Positions 9,785 to 19,854 of a stretch of 64,000 bases of DNA are shown piece after piece; the first letter of the stretch is position 1, and every line of letters starts with the position of its first letter. The notes beneath the pieces were generated by a model that was not told the DNA's origin, did no database searches, and saw only the letters and a list, made by a program, of their open reading frames with translations. The translations under genes and the position numbers were made by a program. Source of the DNA: Gammaproteobacteria bacterium (GTDB lineage Bacteria; Pseudomonadota; Gammaproteobacteria; JAKDMP01); NCBI GenBank assembly GCA_049581885.1, contig JBAUSV010000070.1, positions 1,918 through 65,917 on the forward strand. Reading direction: 5' to 3'.

Positions 9785-9983
9785 TACCTTCTACGGCGAA
9801 CGGATGCTGGCACACCGTCCGGATGCGGATTATCCGTTCCTGACGGGAAGGCTCGACCGCCGCGTGCGGGAAATCCTCAACGGGCTCGGCGTGCGCTTCG
9901 AACCGGGCGAGCCGCAGGCCCCGGGGATTCCCGAAGTGACGGAAGCGGTCGAGTTTCACGCCAGCGCATTTATCCCCGACTGA
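9762..9983 (+). CDS. hypothetical 73-aa protein
   Basis: Its ATG overlaps the dioxygenase stop (ATGA). The start MIGG is shared with the repeat copy at 12923. Confidence 0.3.
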   Translation: MIGGREVITFYGERMLAHRPDADYPFLTGRLDRRVREILNGLGVRFEPGEPQAPGIPEVTEAVEFHASAFIPD

Positions 9984-10094
9984 CCGCCGGGACCCGCCCG
10001 GGCATCTGACGACTTCATGATCCACGTCAATACGCCCGATGGGCGCCAGCCTATAATCCTGAAGGCATAGCCCTGTAGCAGGTGAGGTGCCGTC

Positions 10095-10751
10095 ATGGCC
10101 ATCCGCTTTGCAGATCGCCACGACGCGGGCCGCAAGCTGGCCGGCGCGCTACATGGCTACGCGGGACGCGAGGACGTGCTGGTCCTGGCCCTGCCCCGCG
10201 GCGGCGTTCCCGTGGGTTACGAAGTGGCCCGGGCCCTGAAGGTCGATTTCGACATCCTGATCGTGCGCAAGCTCGGCGTTCCTTACCAGCCGGAACTCGC
10301 GATGGGCGCCGTCGCCTCCGGCGGTGCCCTGTACCTGAACCGTTCCCTGATCGACCAGGTCGGCATCAGCCGGCACGAGATCGAAGCCGTTCTGGCAGCC
10401 GAACGCACTGAACTCACACGCCGCGAACGCCTCTACCGGGGCGAGAGGCCGCCGTCGCAAATCGAAGGGCGCATCATCATCCTGGTGGACGACGGCGTGG
10501 CGACCGGAGCCTCCATGCATTCGGCCGTAATGGCGCTGCGCACCGGCAACCCGGCGCGGATCATCGTCGCGGTGCCGGTCGCGCCGGATGATGCCGGGAA
10601 GCGATTCGAAGCCGATGCCGTTGAATTCGTCAGCCTGTTCAGCCCCGCGTATTTTCAAGCCGTAGGACAATTCTACGACGCGTTCGATCAGACAAGCGAC
10701 GAGGAAGTCCGTGATCTGCTGTCGCAATTTCAACGGGAGTCGTCGTCATGA
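10095..10751 (+). CDS. phosphoribosyltransferase family protein
   Basis: The PRPP-binding motif (IILVDDGVATGAS) is present. This family typically pairs with erythromycin-esterase-like genes. Confidence 0.75.
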   Translation: MAIRFADRHDAGRKLAGALHGYAGREDVLVLALPRGGVPVGYEVARALKVDFDILIVRKLGVPYQPELAMGAVASGGALYLNRSLIDQVGISRHEIEAVLAAERTELTRRERLYRGERPPSQIEGRIIILVDDGVATGASMHSAVMALRTGNPARIIVAVPVAPDDAGKRFEADAVEFVSLFSPAYFQAVGQFYDAFDQTSDEEVRDLLSQFQRESSS

Positions 10752-12061
10752 GCGCCAGAACCCCCTTCCTTGCCGTGCGCGAACTTGCCATGCGTCTGGG
10801 CGAGGAAGCCGGCGATTACGATGCGGTGCTGAACATGGCATCGGGACGCCGTTTCGTACTGATCGGCGAAGCCACTCACGGCACGCGCGAATTCTATGCC
10901 ATGAGGGCCGCCATCACCCGGCGCCTGATTGTCGAGGAAGGGTTTGACGGTGTGGCGATCGAAGGCGACTGGCCGGACGCCTGGCGGGCCAACCGCTTCG
11001 TCCAGGGCGGAGGCGACGATAAAGCCGAATCGGCGCTTGATGACTTCGAGCGCTTCCCGAACTGGATGTGGCGCAACCGGGAAGTGCTGGATTTCATCAC
11101 CTGGCTGCACGGGCACAACGCCGGCATGCCCGCCGATCAGCGTGTCGGCATCTACGGTCTCGATCTCTACAGCCTCTATCGTTCCGCTGATGCCGTCATC
11201 CGTTATCTGGAGGGCGTGGACCCAGACAAGGCGGAACAGGCTCGCCGCCACTACACCGTGTTGGATCACGTGCGCGAACCGCAGACCTATGGCTACGAGG
11301 CCGCTTTCGGTCTGCGCCCGCCCGGTCGTGAAGCGGCGATCAGGCAACTATTGCAGTTGCGCGCCGATGCAGAGGACTATGTGGCGCACAACGGTTTGGC
11401 ATCGATGGACACCTATTTCTTCGCCGAGCGCAACGCGGCGGTCGTGGTCAATGCCGAAGCCTACTACCGTGCCATGTTCGGGCACCGCATCAATACCTGG
11501 AACCTGCGCGATGCGCACATGTGCGACACGCTACTGGCGCTCTCCCGCTACCTGGAGCGGCGCGGCGGCGGCGGCCGAGTGGTGGTCTGGGCGCACAATT
11601 CGCATCTCGGCGATGCACGCGCCACCGAATCCCGGCTGCGGGGTGAGTGGAACCTGGGCCAACTCATGCGCGAGCAGGCCGGCGATGAGGCGCTGCTGGT
11701 CGGCTTTACCACCTATACCGGCCATGTCTCCGCCGCCTCTCAATGGGATGCGGATGTCGAGCACAAGTGGGTCCGGCCAGCGCTCCCGGACAGTTACGAG
11801 CACCTGTTCCACACTACCGGCCTCGACCGCTTCTTCCTGCCTCTGGTCGAAGCGGCCGCGGCCCCCTTGCGCGAAGCACTGCTTGAGCGCGCCATCGGCG
11901 TCATTTACCTGCCGCAGACCGAGCGGGCCAGCCACTACTTCGATGCGTCTATCGCCCACCAGTTCGATGCTGTCTTCCATCTCGACGAAACGACCGCCCT
12001 GGAACCGCTGGATGCACCTCTGCACTGGCACCGTCCCGAAGCGCACGAGCTGGTCACCTAA
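10748..12061 (+). CDS. erythromycin esterase (EreA/ChaN-like) family protein
   Basis: The 437-aa protein has the family's conserved N-terminal region (FVLIGEATHGTREF...WRNREVLDFITWL). Its start overlaps the PRTase stop. Confidence 0.8.
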   Translation: MSARTPFLAVRELAMRLGEEAGDYDAVLNMASGRRFVLIGEATHGTREFYAMRAAITRRLIVEEGFDGVAIEGDWPDAWRANRFVQGGGDDKAESALDDFERFPNWMWRNREVLDFITWLHGHNAGMPADQRVGIYGLDLYSLYRSADAVIRYLEGVDPDKAEQARRHYTVLDHVREPQTYGYEAAFGLRPPGREAAIRQLLQLRADAEDYVAHNGLASMDTYFFAERNAAVVVNAEAYYRAMFGHRINTWNLRDAHMCDTLLALSRYLERRGGGGRVVVWAHNSHLGDARATESRLRGEWNLGQLMREQAGDEALLVGFTTYTGHVSAASQWDADVEHKWVRPALPDSYEHLFHTTGLDRFFLPLVEAAAAPLREALLERAIGVIYLPQTERASHYFDASIAHQFDAVFHLDETTALEPLDAPLHWHRPEAHELVT

Positions 12062-12084
12062 GCCCCGGGACGTGTCATACAGTC

Positions 12085-12737
12085 ATGGACAGATGTCTCA
12101 GCTCCAATATCGTCATCGACTCGCAGGGTACCGCACTGGAAGGCCTGCTGGCGGTGCTGGAGCCGGCTATCGGCATCGTCGCCTTCGCCCACGGCAGCGG
12201 CAGCAGCCGTTTCAGCCGGCGCAACCAGCAGGTTGCCCGCGCGCTGAACACAGCAGGACTCGCTACGCTGCTGTTCGATCTACTCAGCAGCGAGGAAAGC
12301 AGGCGCGACGAACTCTCAGCCGAATTCCGGTTCGATATCGAGCTTCTGGGACGGCGTCTGGATGATGCCGTCGACTGGATTTCGCAGGATCAACGCACCC
12401 TCGCCCTGCCAATCGGGCTGTTCGGAGCCAGCACGGGGCGGCCGCTGCATTAATCACGGCCACCCACCGGCCGCAACAGGTGAAGGCAGTGGTTTCGCGC
12501 GGCGGCCGCCCCGACCTGGCCGGCGATTCCCTTCCCACCGTGTGCGCACCCACCTTGCTCATTGTCGGAGGCAACGACAGCCAGGTTATCGAGCTGAATC
12601 GCTCAGCGGCGCGCCAGCTCCGGTGCGAATACCAGCTCATCATCGTCCCGGAGGCGACCCACCTGTTCGAAGAACCCGGCAAGCTCGAGGAAGTCTCCTG
12701 GCTTGCCACCGACTGGTTCCGGTCGCACCTGGCCTGA
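12085..12737 (+). pseudogene. dienelactone hydrolase family protein, frameshifted
   Basis: The N-terminal half (12085-12453) ends at the nucleophile elbow GASTG, and the C-terminal half continues in another frame (12480-12737). This is consistent with a single-base loss in the GGGG run near 12430-12445. Confidence 0.55.
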
Positions 12738-12892
12738 ACACGCCGGTAACGAACCGGACTCTGGACGGTGCCCGCAGATACGAAGCACTTTTAGCGAAAT
12801 GATTCTTCCGCACGTTATGCAGGGTGTGCGCGGTTACAGAAGCGCAACCTGCTCAAAATAGCAATCGGAAATGAAATCGAATTCACGACGCT

Positions 12893-12935
12893 GACCTCGA
12901 TCCGGATTGGAGGAGAAAGCCCATGATCGGTGGCC
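12893..12935 (+). repeat. repeat copy 2 (intergenic fragment of the dioxygenase 3' end)
   Basis: GACCTCGATCCGGATTGGAGGAGAAAGCCCATGATCGGTGGCC keeps the frame LTSIRIGGESP* and the ATGATCGGTGGCC start of a 17-codon ORF. Confidence 0.65.
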
Positions 12936-13325
12936 TGGACGCGTTCTGCGCCAGTGCAATAGAGGAATTCGCCTAGGCAAGCACGTCCGGAGTAGGCCTG
13001 AGGCGGAGAAGCAGCACCCGCGGGATGGCTATTCACGCGACCCAGACCGACGCCCTTACCCCGCCTGGACCATGACCGGGCGTACCGGTTAGGTACCCCC
13101 ATATGCTCCCAGATAAATTTATAGCGTCAAATTGAAGGGACAGCAACTCCAGCCGACCCTGTGTCTCCTGCATTTGCCACACCGGCCTGGCCACCATCAA
13201 ATAAAACACCATCAGTAACGGGATGAAGGCCGGCCAACCCAGCCTATGCATTCATTTTTGCCCTAGTTTGATCTGTCTTGATCTGTATCAGTTCAGCTGC
13301 TTATAACCGATGCGAGAATGTTGAT

Positions 13326-13377
13326 GTTACAGGCTAGATCTCCATGACCTCTATCCGGATCGGAGGAGCAAGCCCAT
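13326..13377 (+). repeat. repeat copy 3 (degenerate fragment of the dioxygenase 3' end)
   Basis: GTTACAGGCTAGATCTCCATGACCTCTATCCGGATCGGAGGAGCAAGCCCAT is about 85% identical to copy 1 but has an in-frame TAG. It lies immediately before the start of the 13378 gene. Confidence 0.65.
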
Positions 13378-13737
13378 ATGAAAGACGTAATGCGTATTAT
13401 TGTTTCGACGCTTGCTCTGGCCTCGGCCGTTGCCTTGGCACATCCCGCCCTCGCGGGGTCAAAAGTGCGCGGTCAATTCACCGTGACCGTGACGGTCGTT
13501 CGCCCCTGCAGTGTTAATGACTCGCTCGAGGTCTCGTTCGCGCAAAATGGCAAGCTCGGCAAGGTGCAAGTCCACGGCTGCATGGACGTCGCCCAGGTAC
13601 AAGGCATGACGGTCGAGAAAACCAGCGTCCAGGCGTTTGGTCGCACCTATTGGCTGTCTGCGGAGTCTTCCCGCTCCCCTGCCCAGGTCCGCCATATCAC
13701 CGTTGCTCAGGTTCGCTACATCACCATGACCTTTTAA
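13378..13737 (+). CDS. small secreted hypothetical protein
   Basis: It has an N-terminal signal peptide (IIVSTLALASAVALAHPALAG), is 119 aa long and contains two Cys. Confidence 0.45.
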   Translation: MKDVMRIIVSTLALASAVALAHPALAGSKVRGQFTVTVTVVRPCSVNDSLEVSFAQNGKLGKVQVHGCMDVAQVQGMTVEKTSVQAFGRTYWLSAESSRSPAQVRHITVAQVRYITMTF

Positions 13738-13991
13738 TAGCAACTCCCCCTTACCGCCTGGGCTTGGCCATACGGCGTCGTCTGGGTGGTTTTCCCTACC
13801 CCACGTACCACGCATGAATGCCTCAAAGCCCTTATCATTGCTTACAAGAGATAAATCTGGGAGGGGATAGATGTCACGCCTAACCGGCTCACTTGTTTTT
13901 TATTGACGAGATCAGGAACCGTAGAACGAAAACGTCTGAAATCAATATACGCCTGCTCACCGGAGGTTACCGCCTCGAACCGAGTGCAAAT

Positions 13992-14999
13992 TTACCTCAC
14001 CGTCACCGCATGTCGAGTGGGTTCGTAACTCAGTCCGGGCTGCCCGGCGGGGAATAAATTCTCGGCAATCCCTCGGCGCGCGAGGGCTTCAAGTAGCAAT
14101 TCGGGCGGCTCATCCCGACGCTCGTCGGTGAGCTGGAACACGCCCCAGTGAATTCCGATCGCGCGGGCGGCTTCGATATCCTCCAGGATCTGCACGGCCT
14201 CGTTGGGATCGGTGTGTTGCGCGCTCATGAACCAGCGCGGTGCGTAGGCACCAATGGGGATCAGAGCCAGATCGGGGCGACCGATCCGTCGCCGTACTTC
14301 TCGAAAGATGCGCCCGTCACCGTAGCCGGTATCGCCTGTGAAATGGGCGCTGCCTCCACTCGTGGTCAGCATAAAGCCGGACCAGAGCGCCATGCGCCGG
14401 TCGCGTCCCGTACGCGCCGACCAGTGATAGGCGGGGACGATCGTCACCTCACCCCCCTTGCCGATGTCGACACGCTCCCACCAATCGCCCGCCACCACCC
14501 GCACGTCAGGAATGGCCCGCTTCAGGATCGCGTCGTTACCCAGCGGCGTCACAATGAGCGGGCGGTGCTCGGCGTGGAGGCGGCGCAGGGTCGCCATGTC
14601 CATATGGTCGTAATGATTATGGCTGAGCAGCACGGCGTCGATGGGCGGCAAGTCCTCGAAGGCCACTCCAGGGGCCCACACGCGTCGGGGGCCGCCAAAA
14701 GGGAGTGGGCTCGCCCTCTTTGACCATACGGGATCGGTAAGGACATTGAGCCCTCCTGACTGGATCAGCACGCTCGCATGGCCCACGACCGTCGCCCGCA
14801 GTCCGGCTACGGCGGCATCCGGAACGGCCGGCTCTACCGGGACCGACCGCGGCCATGCGGCAGCCCTGCCCTTCAACTTCCATCGCAGAAGCTCGCGAAA
14901 GCTTCGATCGGTTGCGAGGTGGTCCGGATTGAAGAAGCGCAGACCGTCGAAATGATCGCTCGGTTGTCCGGAATAATATGGATTCACAGATCGCGGCAC
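13992..14999 (-). CDS. MBL-fold metallo-hydrolase
   Basis: HNHYDHMD is the HxHxDH zinc motif. A GTG start at 14999 is preceded by GGAG. Confidence 0.75.
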   Translation of the reverse strand: MPRSVNPYYSGQPSDHFDGLRFFNPDHLATDRSFRELLRWKLKGRAAAWPRSVPVEPAVPDAAVAGLRATVVGHASVLIQSGGLNVLTDPVWSKRASPLPFGGPRRVWAPGVAFEDLPPIDAVLLSHNHYDHMDMATLRRLHAEHRPLIVTPLGNDAILKRAIPDVRVVAGDWWERVDIGKGGEVTIVPAYHWSARTGRDRRMALWSGFMLTTSGGSAHFTGDTGYGDGRIFREVRRRIGRPDLALIPIGAYAPRWFMSAQHTDPNEAVQILEDIEAARAIGIHWGVFQLTDERRDEPPELLLEALARRGIAENLFPAGQPGLSYEPTRHAVTVR

Positions 15000-15135
15000 C
15001 GCGCTTACACTCCATTTCTTAAGTCCCCGTGAGCGAATCGCTCTCTCAGGGCTGGCTGAGACACGTAATGCTACCCCCTCTAGCCGTTGCACATGCCCCC
15101 CTTGCAATAGCCCGCAGGATTATGTCAAAAACTCT

Positions 15136-15342
15136 TTGAGTAACAAGCCGATTCTGGAGTGTGCAATGGCCGAAGACCCAAAAGAACCCAGCAAATTTGA
15201 ACGCCTCATCAAGGAACGCCCTGAGGCCTTCGATGATGCGGACTGCCGTCCATTGAGAACGATCGAGGAAATTGGAATGAGCGTCCCTGACGGCCTGCTG
15301 GACCCGTCGGAGAAAATGGATACCGAAGATTCAAAGGAATAA
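15136..15342 (+). CDS. small acidic hypothetical protein
   Basis: A 68-aa ORF rich in Asp and Glu, with no recognisable family. Confidence 0.3.
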   Translation: MSNKPILECAMAEDPKEPSKFERLIKERPEAFDDADCRPLRTIEEIGMSVPDGLLDPSEKMDTEDSKE

Positions 15343-15587
15343 GCAACACCAAGGTTTTTGAGCGGGCTTCGGCGTGAGGCTGCTTAGTGTCCACTAGACC
15401 GCTCCCACCAAGGCTGCGATGGTGAGAGCCGCAAGCCATAGAGCGTGCGCCTGTTCAATGTCTACGAGCGGCCTAAAATGAGCCTTTGTGGCGTGACACT
15501 GATGCAGAAGCTGGCCATGGCGGCCTAAACCCTACTTCTGACCGCCGCTGACAATGGGGGGATTGGCGCGCCTACATAGCACCCACA

Positions 15588-15611
15588 CAAAAAAGCACCT
15601 TGCGAGTGCCT
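15588..15611 (-). terminator. intrinsic terminator after the tRNA cluster
   Basis: The minus strand reads GGCAC-TCGCAAG-GTGC followed by TTTTTT, immediately 3' of tRNA-Lys. Confidence 0.45.
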
Positions 15612-15632
15612 CATGTAAGTCGTTGATTTATA

Positions 15633-15708
<76 letters not shown>

Positions 15709-15753
15709 AGCCGATTTTTGTAGCGGCACCTGAAGCGCCACCTCTGAAAATGG

Positions 15754-15830
15754 TGGGGTGGACGATGGGATTCGAACCCACGACCACCGAGGCCACAACC
15801 CGGGGCTCTACCTACTGAGCTACGTCCACC
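15754..15830 (-). tRNA. tRNA-His (anticodon GTG)
   Basis: It has the extra 5' G(-1), acceptor GUGGACG/CGUCCAC, discriminator C, anticodon loop UUGUGGC and an encoded CCA. Confidence 0.85.
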
Positions 15831-15935
15831 ATCGTCATCCCGCGCCTTGCGGCGCGGAGACCGCATAGTATACCGAATTCCACCTGTCTGGCGACAGCCG
15901 ATTTCACCCGACGAAGTGAAGCCCACCCCTGGAAA

Positions 15936-16012
15936 TGGTGCGCCCGGCAGGAATCGAACCTGCAACCTGCGGCTTAGAAGGCCGCTGCTCTATCCGGTTG
16001 AGCTACGGGCGC
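15936..16012 (-). tRNA. tRNA-Arg (anticodon TCT)
   Basis: Acceptor GCGCCCG/CGGGCGC, anticodon stem GCGGC/GCCGC with loop CUUCUAA, T-loop GGTTCGATTCC and CCA. Its 5' portion overlaps the uvrB stop. Confidence 0.85.
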
Positions 16013-18083
16013 GTCGCGGTAGTTTAGCCTCTCGTTGTCCCTGCTCCACGGATTCCAGCCCGGGGCCGTAGGCCAGTTCACGGATGTGCCCGATTTCGTC
16101 GCGGATTTTCGCGGCTTGCTCGAATTCGAGATTGCGGGCATGTTCATACATCCGTTTTTCCAGCGCGGCCAGCTTCCGTTCCCGTTCGCGTCCGGACATG
16201 CCTTGATACAGCGTACGCTCCTCGGCCACTTTGGACAGGGCGCTCACCTTGGTGCCGCGTTCGCCGTAAGCGCCTTCCATCACGTTGCGCACGGCCTTGC
16301 GGATGCCTTGCGGCGTGATGCCGTGTTCCTCGTTATAGGCCTGCTGCCTGATGCGGCGACGGTTGGTCTCGTCCAAGGCGCGCTGCATGGAACCGGTGAC
16401 GCGGTCGGCATACAGGATCGCCCGGCCGCTCAGATTGCGGGCCGCGCGGCCGATGGTCTGAATCAACGCGCCTTCGGAGCGCAGGAAACCTTCCTTGTCG
16501 GCATCGAGGATCGCGACCAGCGAGACTTCGGGAATATCCAGCCCTTCACGCAGCAGGTTGATCCCGACGAGGGCGTCGAACTCGCCCAGGCGCAGGTTGC
16601 GGATCAGTTCCGAGCGCTCCACGGTGTCAATGTCCGAATGGAGGTAGCGAGCCCGCGCGCCATGTTCGTTGAGGTATTCGGTGAGATCCTCGGCCATGCG
16701 TTTGGTGAGCGTAGTAATCAGCACACGCTCGGAGCGCTCGGCGCGGATGTGCACTTCAGAGAGCAGATCCTCGACCTGGTGCGTGGCGGGTCGCACCTCT
16801 ATTTCGGGGTCGACCAGCCCCGTCGGGCGAACGATCTGTTCCACCGTCTGGTCGGCGTGTTCACGCTCGTAGGGTCCGGGCGTGGCGGATATATAGACCG
16901 TCTGCGGCGACAGGTGCTCGAATTCGTCGAAATTGAGCGGCCGGTTGTCGAGCGCCGACGGCAGGCGGAAGCCGTAACGCACGAGGGTTTCCTTGCGCGA
17001 GCGGTCGCCACGATACATGCCGTTCAACTGGGGTACGCTGACGTGGCTTTCATCGATGAAAAGCAGTGCGTCGTCGGCCAGGTAATCGAACAGGCACGGT
17101 GGCGGTTCGCCCGCCTTGCGTCCCGAGAGGTGGCGCGAATAGTTTTCGATGCCCGTGCAGTAGCCGAGTTCCAGGATCATTTCCAGATCAAAGCGAGTGC
17201 GTTGCTCCAGACGCTGGGCCTCGACCAGCTTGCCGGCTTCGCGCAGTTCGGGCAGGCGTTGAGCCAGTTCGTCGCGGATCTTGTCCACGGCCGCCATCAG
17301 CGTCGCACGCGGGGTGACGTAATGCGTACGCGGGTAGACGGTCAGGCGCGGTACGCGGCGCAGCAACTCACCCGTCAGCGGGTCGAAGTAGCCCAGCGAC
17401 TCGATCTCGTCGTCGAACAGTTCGATGCGCACGGCCTCGCGATCGTTTTCTGCGGGAAACACGTCGATGACCTCGCCGCGCACGCGGTAGGTGCCGGCCC
17501 GGAAATCGACCTCGTTACGCTTGTACTGCAGTTCGGTCAGGCGGCGAAGAATTTCGCGCTGGTCGATATGTTCTCCACGATCCAGGTGCAGCACCATGCG
17601 CAGATAAAGCGACGGATCTCCGAGACCGTAAATGGCTGACACTGTCGCAACGACAATCGCATCGCGGCGCTCGATGATCGCCTTGGTGGCCGACAGGCGC
17701 ATCTGCTCGATGTGGGCGTTGATCGAGGCGTCCTTCTCGATGTAGGTGTCGGACGCCGCCACGTAGGCCTCGGGCTGGTAGTAGTCGTAATAGGAGACGA
17801 AATACTCCACCGCGCTGTCGGGGAAGAATTCGCGCAATTCGCCGTAAAGCTGCGCGGCCAGCGTCTTGTTGGGCGCCAGCACCATGGCCGGGCGCTGCAG
17901 ATCGGCAATGACGTTGGCGATGGTGAAGGTCTTGCCCGAGCCGGTCACGCCGAGCAGGACCTGACGCGCCAACCCATCCTTCAAGCCGCGGGTCAGGGCG
18001 GCGATGGCCTCGGGCTGGTCGCCGGCAGGCTGGAAATCGGACTGGAGGCGGAATGGCCGGTGCGTAGGGTTGGAATCGGTCAT
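15990..18083 (-). CDS. uvrB: excinuclease ABC subunit B
   Basis: The Walker A motif GVTGSGKTF, helicase motifs and the C-terminal UvrB/UvrC interaction region are present. The ATG at 18083 gives [11 protein letters not shown]. The last roughly 7 codons and the stop lie inside tRNA-Arg. Confidence 0.9.
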   Translation of the reverse strand: MTDSNPTHRPFRLQSDFQPAGDQPEAIAALTRGLKDGLARQVLLGVTGSGKTFTIANVIADLQRPAMVLAPNKTLAAQLYGELREFFPDSAVEYFVSYYDYYQPEAYVAASDTYIEKDASINAHIEQMRLSATKAIIERRDAIVVATVSAIYGLGDPSLYLRMVLHLDRGEHIDQREILRRLTELQYKRNEVDFRAGTYRVRGEVIDVFPAENDREAVRIELFDDEIESLGYFDPLTGELLRRVPRLTVYPRTHYVTPRATLMAAVDKIRDELAQRLPELREAGKLVEAQRLEQRTRFDLEMILELGYCTGIENYSRHLSGRKAGEPPPCLFDYLADDALLFIDESHVSVPQLNGMYRGDRSRKETLVRYGFRLPSALDNRPLNFDEFEHLSPQTVYISATPGPYEREHADQTVEQIVRPTGLVDPEIEVRPATHQVEDLLSEVHIRAERSERVLITTLTKRMAEDLTEYLNEHGARARYLHSDIDTVERSELIRNLRLGEFDALVGINLLREGLDIPEVSLVAILDADKEGFLRSEGALIQTIGRAARNLSGRAILYADRVTGSMQRALDETNRRRIRQQAYNEEHGITPQGIRKAVRNVMEGAYGERGTKVSALSKVAEERTLYQGMSGRERERKLAALEKRMYEHARNLEFEQAAKIRDEIGHIRELAYGPGLESVEQGQREAKLPRRARSSTG

Positions 18084-18172
18084 AGTCGGACTATTATAGA
18101 GGCCGGGAGCCGGGCAACGTCCGCGCGTTTCGTTACAATAACTCGCCTTCCCGTTCCCAGAAAGGTGCCTTC

Positions 18173-19354
18173 GTGAGGAAAGCCTCCCAACGTATTGCAC
18201 AACTCCCTGCATCGCCGACGCTGGCAATCAGCGCCAAGGCCAAGGAACTCGCCGCGGCCGGCCGCGATGTGCTCAACCTCTCGGCCGGTGAGCCAGACTT
18301 CAATACCCCCGACTTCATTCGCCATGCCGCATGTGAAGCACTGGAGCACGGCGAAACACGCTACACCGCAGCCGACGGCACGGCTGAACTGAAGCAGGCC
18401 ATCGCAGCCAAGTTTAAGCGCGAAAACGGCCTCGTCTACGAGAGCAAGGAAATCATTGCTACCTGCGGTGCCAAGCAGGCACTGTTCAACGCCAACATGG
18501 CGGCTCTGAATCCCGGCGATGAAGTGCTGATTCCTGCTCCGTACTGGGTGTCCTACCCCGCACAGGCACAACTCGCGGAAGCCAGGCCCGTCATTCTGAC
18601 CTGCCCCGCTGAACAGGGTTTCAAATTGACACCGGAAGCGCTGGATCGAGCCATCACGCCTAAAACCCGGATGCTTATCCTCAACAGCCCCAACAATCCC
18701 TCGGGCGCGGTGTATTCGAAAGCCGAACTCGTCGCGCTGGCTGAGGTGCTGGTCCGGCACGAAAACGTACTGGTGGCGACAGACGATATCTACGAACACC
18801 TGATTTACAACCCCGGCAAACCGTTCGCCAACATCGTCATGGTGGCCCCGGCGCTACGCGAGCGCACTCTCGTCGTCAACGGGGTATCCAAAGCGTATGC
18901 GATGACCGGCTGGCGCCTGGGTTATGCCGCCGGACCGGCATGGCTGATCGGTGCAATGAAAAAGCTCCAGTCGCAAAGCACCTCGAATCCGGCTGCCGTC
19001 TCGCAGGCAGCGGCTGTGGCGGCGCTGAACGGTGACCAGCGCTGCGTCCGCGACATGCGCGAGGCCTTCAAAAGCCGCCGGGACCGCTTTGTGGACGGGT
19101 TGAACCGAGTACCGGGCCTGCACTGCGTACTACCAGACGGTGCCTTTTACGCCTTCGTGAACTGCCGCGAAGCCATAGCTGCCCAAGGATTGGATGGCGA
19201 CGTGACCTTTGCCGAGTGGCTGCTTGACGGACCGGGACTGGCCGCGGTGCCGGGTTCGGCCTTTGGGCTCGATGGCTTTGTGCGCTTTTCCTATGCCTGT
19301 GACCAGGCAACGCTGGATACCGCGGTGGAGCGGCTCCAGCGGGCGCTCGGCTGA
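18173..19354 (+). CDS. pyridoxal-phosphate-dependent aspartate aminotransferase (class I/II)
   Basis: Prokaryotic AspAT signature (LSAGEPDF...[10 protein letters not shown]...[13 protein letters not shown]) with a GTG start. Confidence 0.8.
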   Translation: MRKASQRIAQLPASPTLAISAKAKELAAAGRDVLNLSAGEPDFNTPDFIRHAACEALEHGETRYTAADGTAELKQAIAAKFKRENGLVYESKEIIATCGAKQALFNANMAALNPGDEVLIPAPYWVSYPAQAQLAEARPVILTCPAEQGFKLTPEALDRAITPKTRMLILNSPNNPSGAVYSKAELVALAEVLVRHENVLVATDDIYEHLIYNPGKPFANIVMVAPALRERTLVVNGVSKAYAMTGWRLGYAAGPAWLIGAMKKLQSQSTSNPAAVSQAAAVAALNGDQRCVRDMREAFKSRRDRFVDGLNRVPGLHCVLPDGAFYAFVNCREAIAAQGLDGDVTFAEWLLDGPGLAAVPGSAFGLDGFVRFSYACDQATLDTAVERLQRALG

Positions 19355-19360
19355 TCGCGC

Positions 19361-19804
19361 ATGACTCCGCCGCGACAGGCCGATCCGGAAGTTGACGAAG
19401 TATTGCTACGCCTGATTGAGACGCATGAGATCAGCGATCAGACCGACCTGCTACAAAGCCTGCGCCGTCAGGGTATCGGCATCAGCCAGCCAACGCTCTC
19501 ACGGCACCTGCGTCGGCTGAATATCGTCAAACAGCGCGGGCGTTACGTGGTAGGCGCCGACAATCCCTTCTGCGCCCCGCCCTGCGCCGTGCGCCCTTCC
19601 CCGCCCAACCTGTTGGTGCTGAAAACCCTGCCGGCGAGGGCACAATTGCTCGCGGCCATGATTGACCAGATGAGGTTACGCGAAATCGCCGGTACCATGG
19701 CCGGTGACGATACGGTGATGGTGGCGGTCCAGGACGGTCATACACTGGAAGCCGCGCAAAGCGCACTCGAAAAAGTCCTGCAACCTCCCGCCCGGGATGA
19801 TTGA
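19361..19804 (+). CDS. argR: arginine repressor
   Basis: An N-terminal winged-helix (SQPTLSRHLRRL) and the C-terminal oligomerisation motif GTMAGDDT. Confidence 0.8.
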   Translation: MTPPRQADPEVDEVLLRLIETHEISDQTDLLQSLRRQGIGISQPTLSRHLRRLNIVKQRGRYVVGADNPFCAPPCAVRPSPPNLLVLKTLPARAQLLAAMIDQMRLREIAGTMAGDDTVMVAVQDGHTLEAAQSALEKVLQPPARDD

Positions 19805-19854
19805 TCGGACGGAACCGGATGACCCGGCTCCGTCCTCAGGGCCGCTCGATGGCG

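Noticed and set aside
10929-12365. 478-aa ORF in the +2 frame overlapping the erythromycin-esterase-like gene
   Set aside because: It has a low-complexity Ser/Pro/Arg/Thr-rich translation, typical of an alternative frame of a real high-GC gene. The co-linear frame has a recognisable protein family.
15343-15587. 245-bp non-coding stretch between the small acidic ORF and the tRNA terminator, checked for an ncRNA or tmRNA
   Set aside because: No convincing conserved structure, promoter-terminator pair or tRNA-like fold was recognisable by eye.
16035-17639. 534-aa ORF antisense to uvrB
   Set aside because: It is antisense to a confidently identified, conserved gene. Its composition is Ala/Gly/Arg-rich with no motifs, a high-GC artefact.
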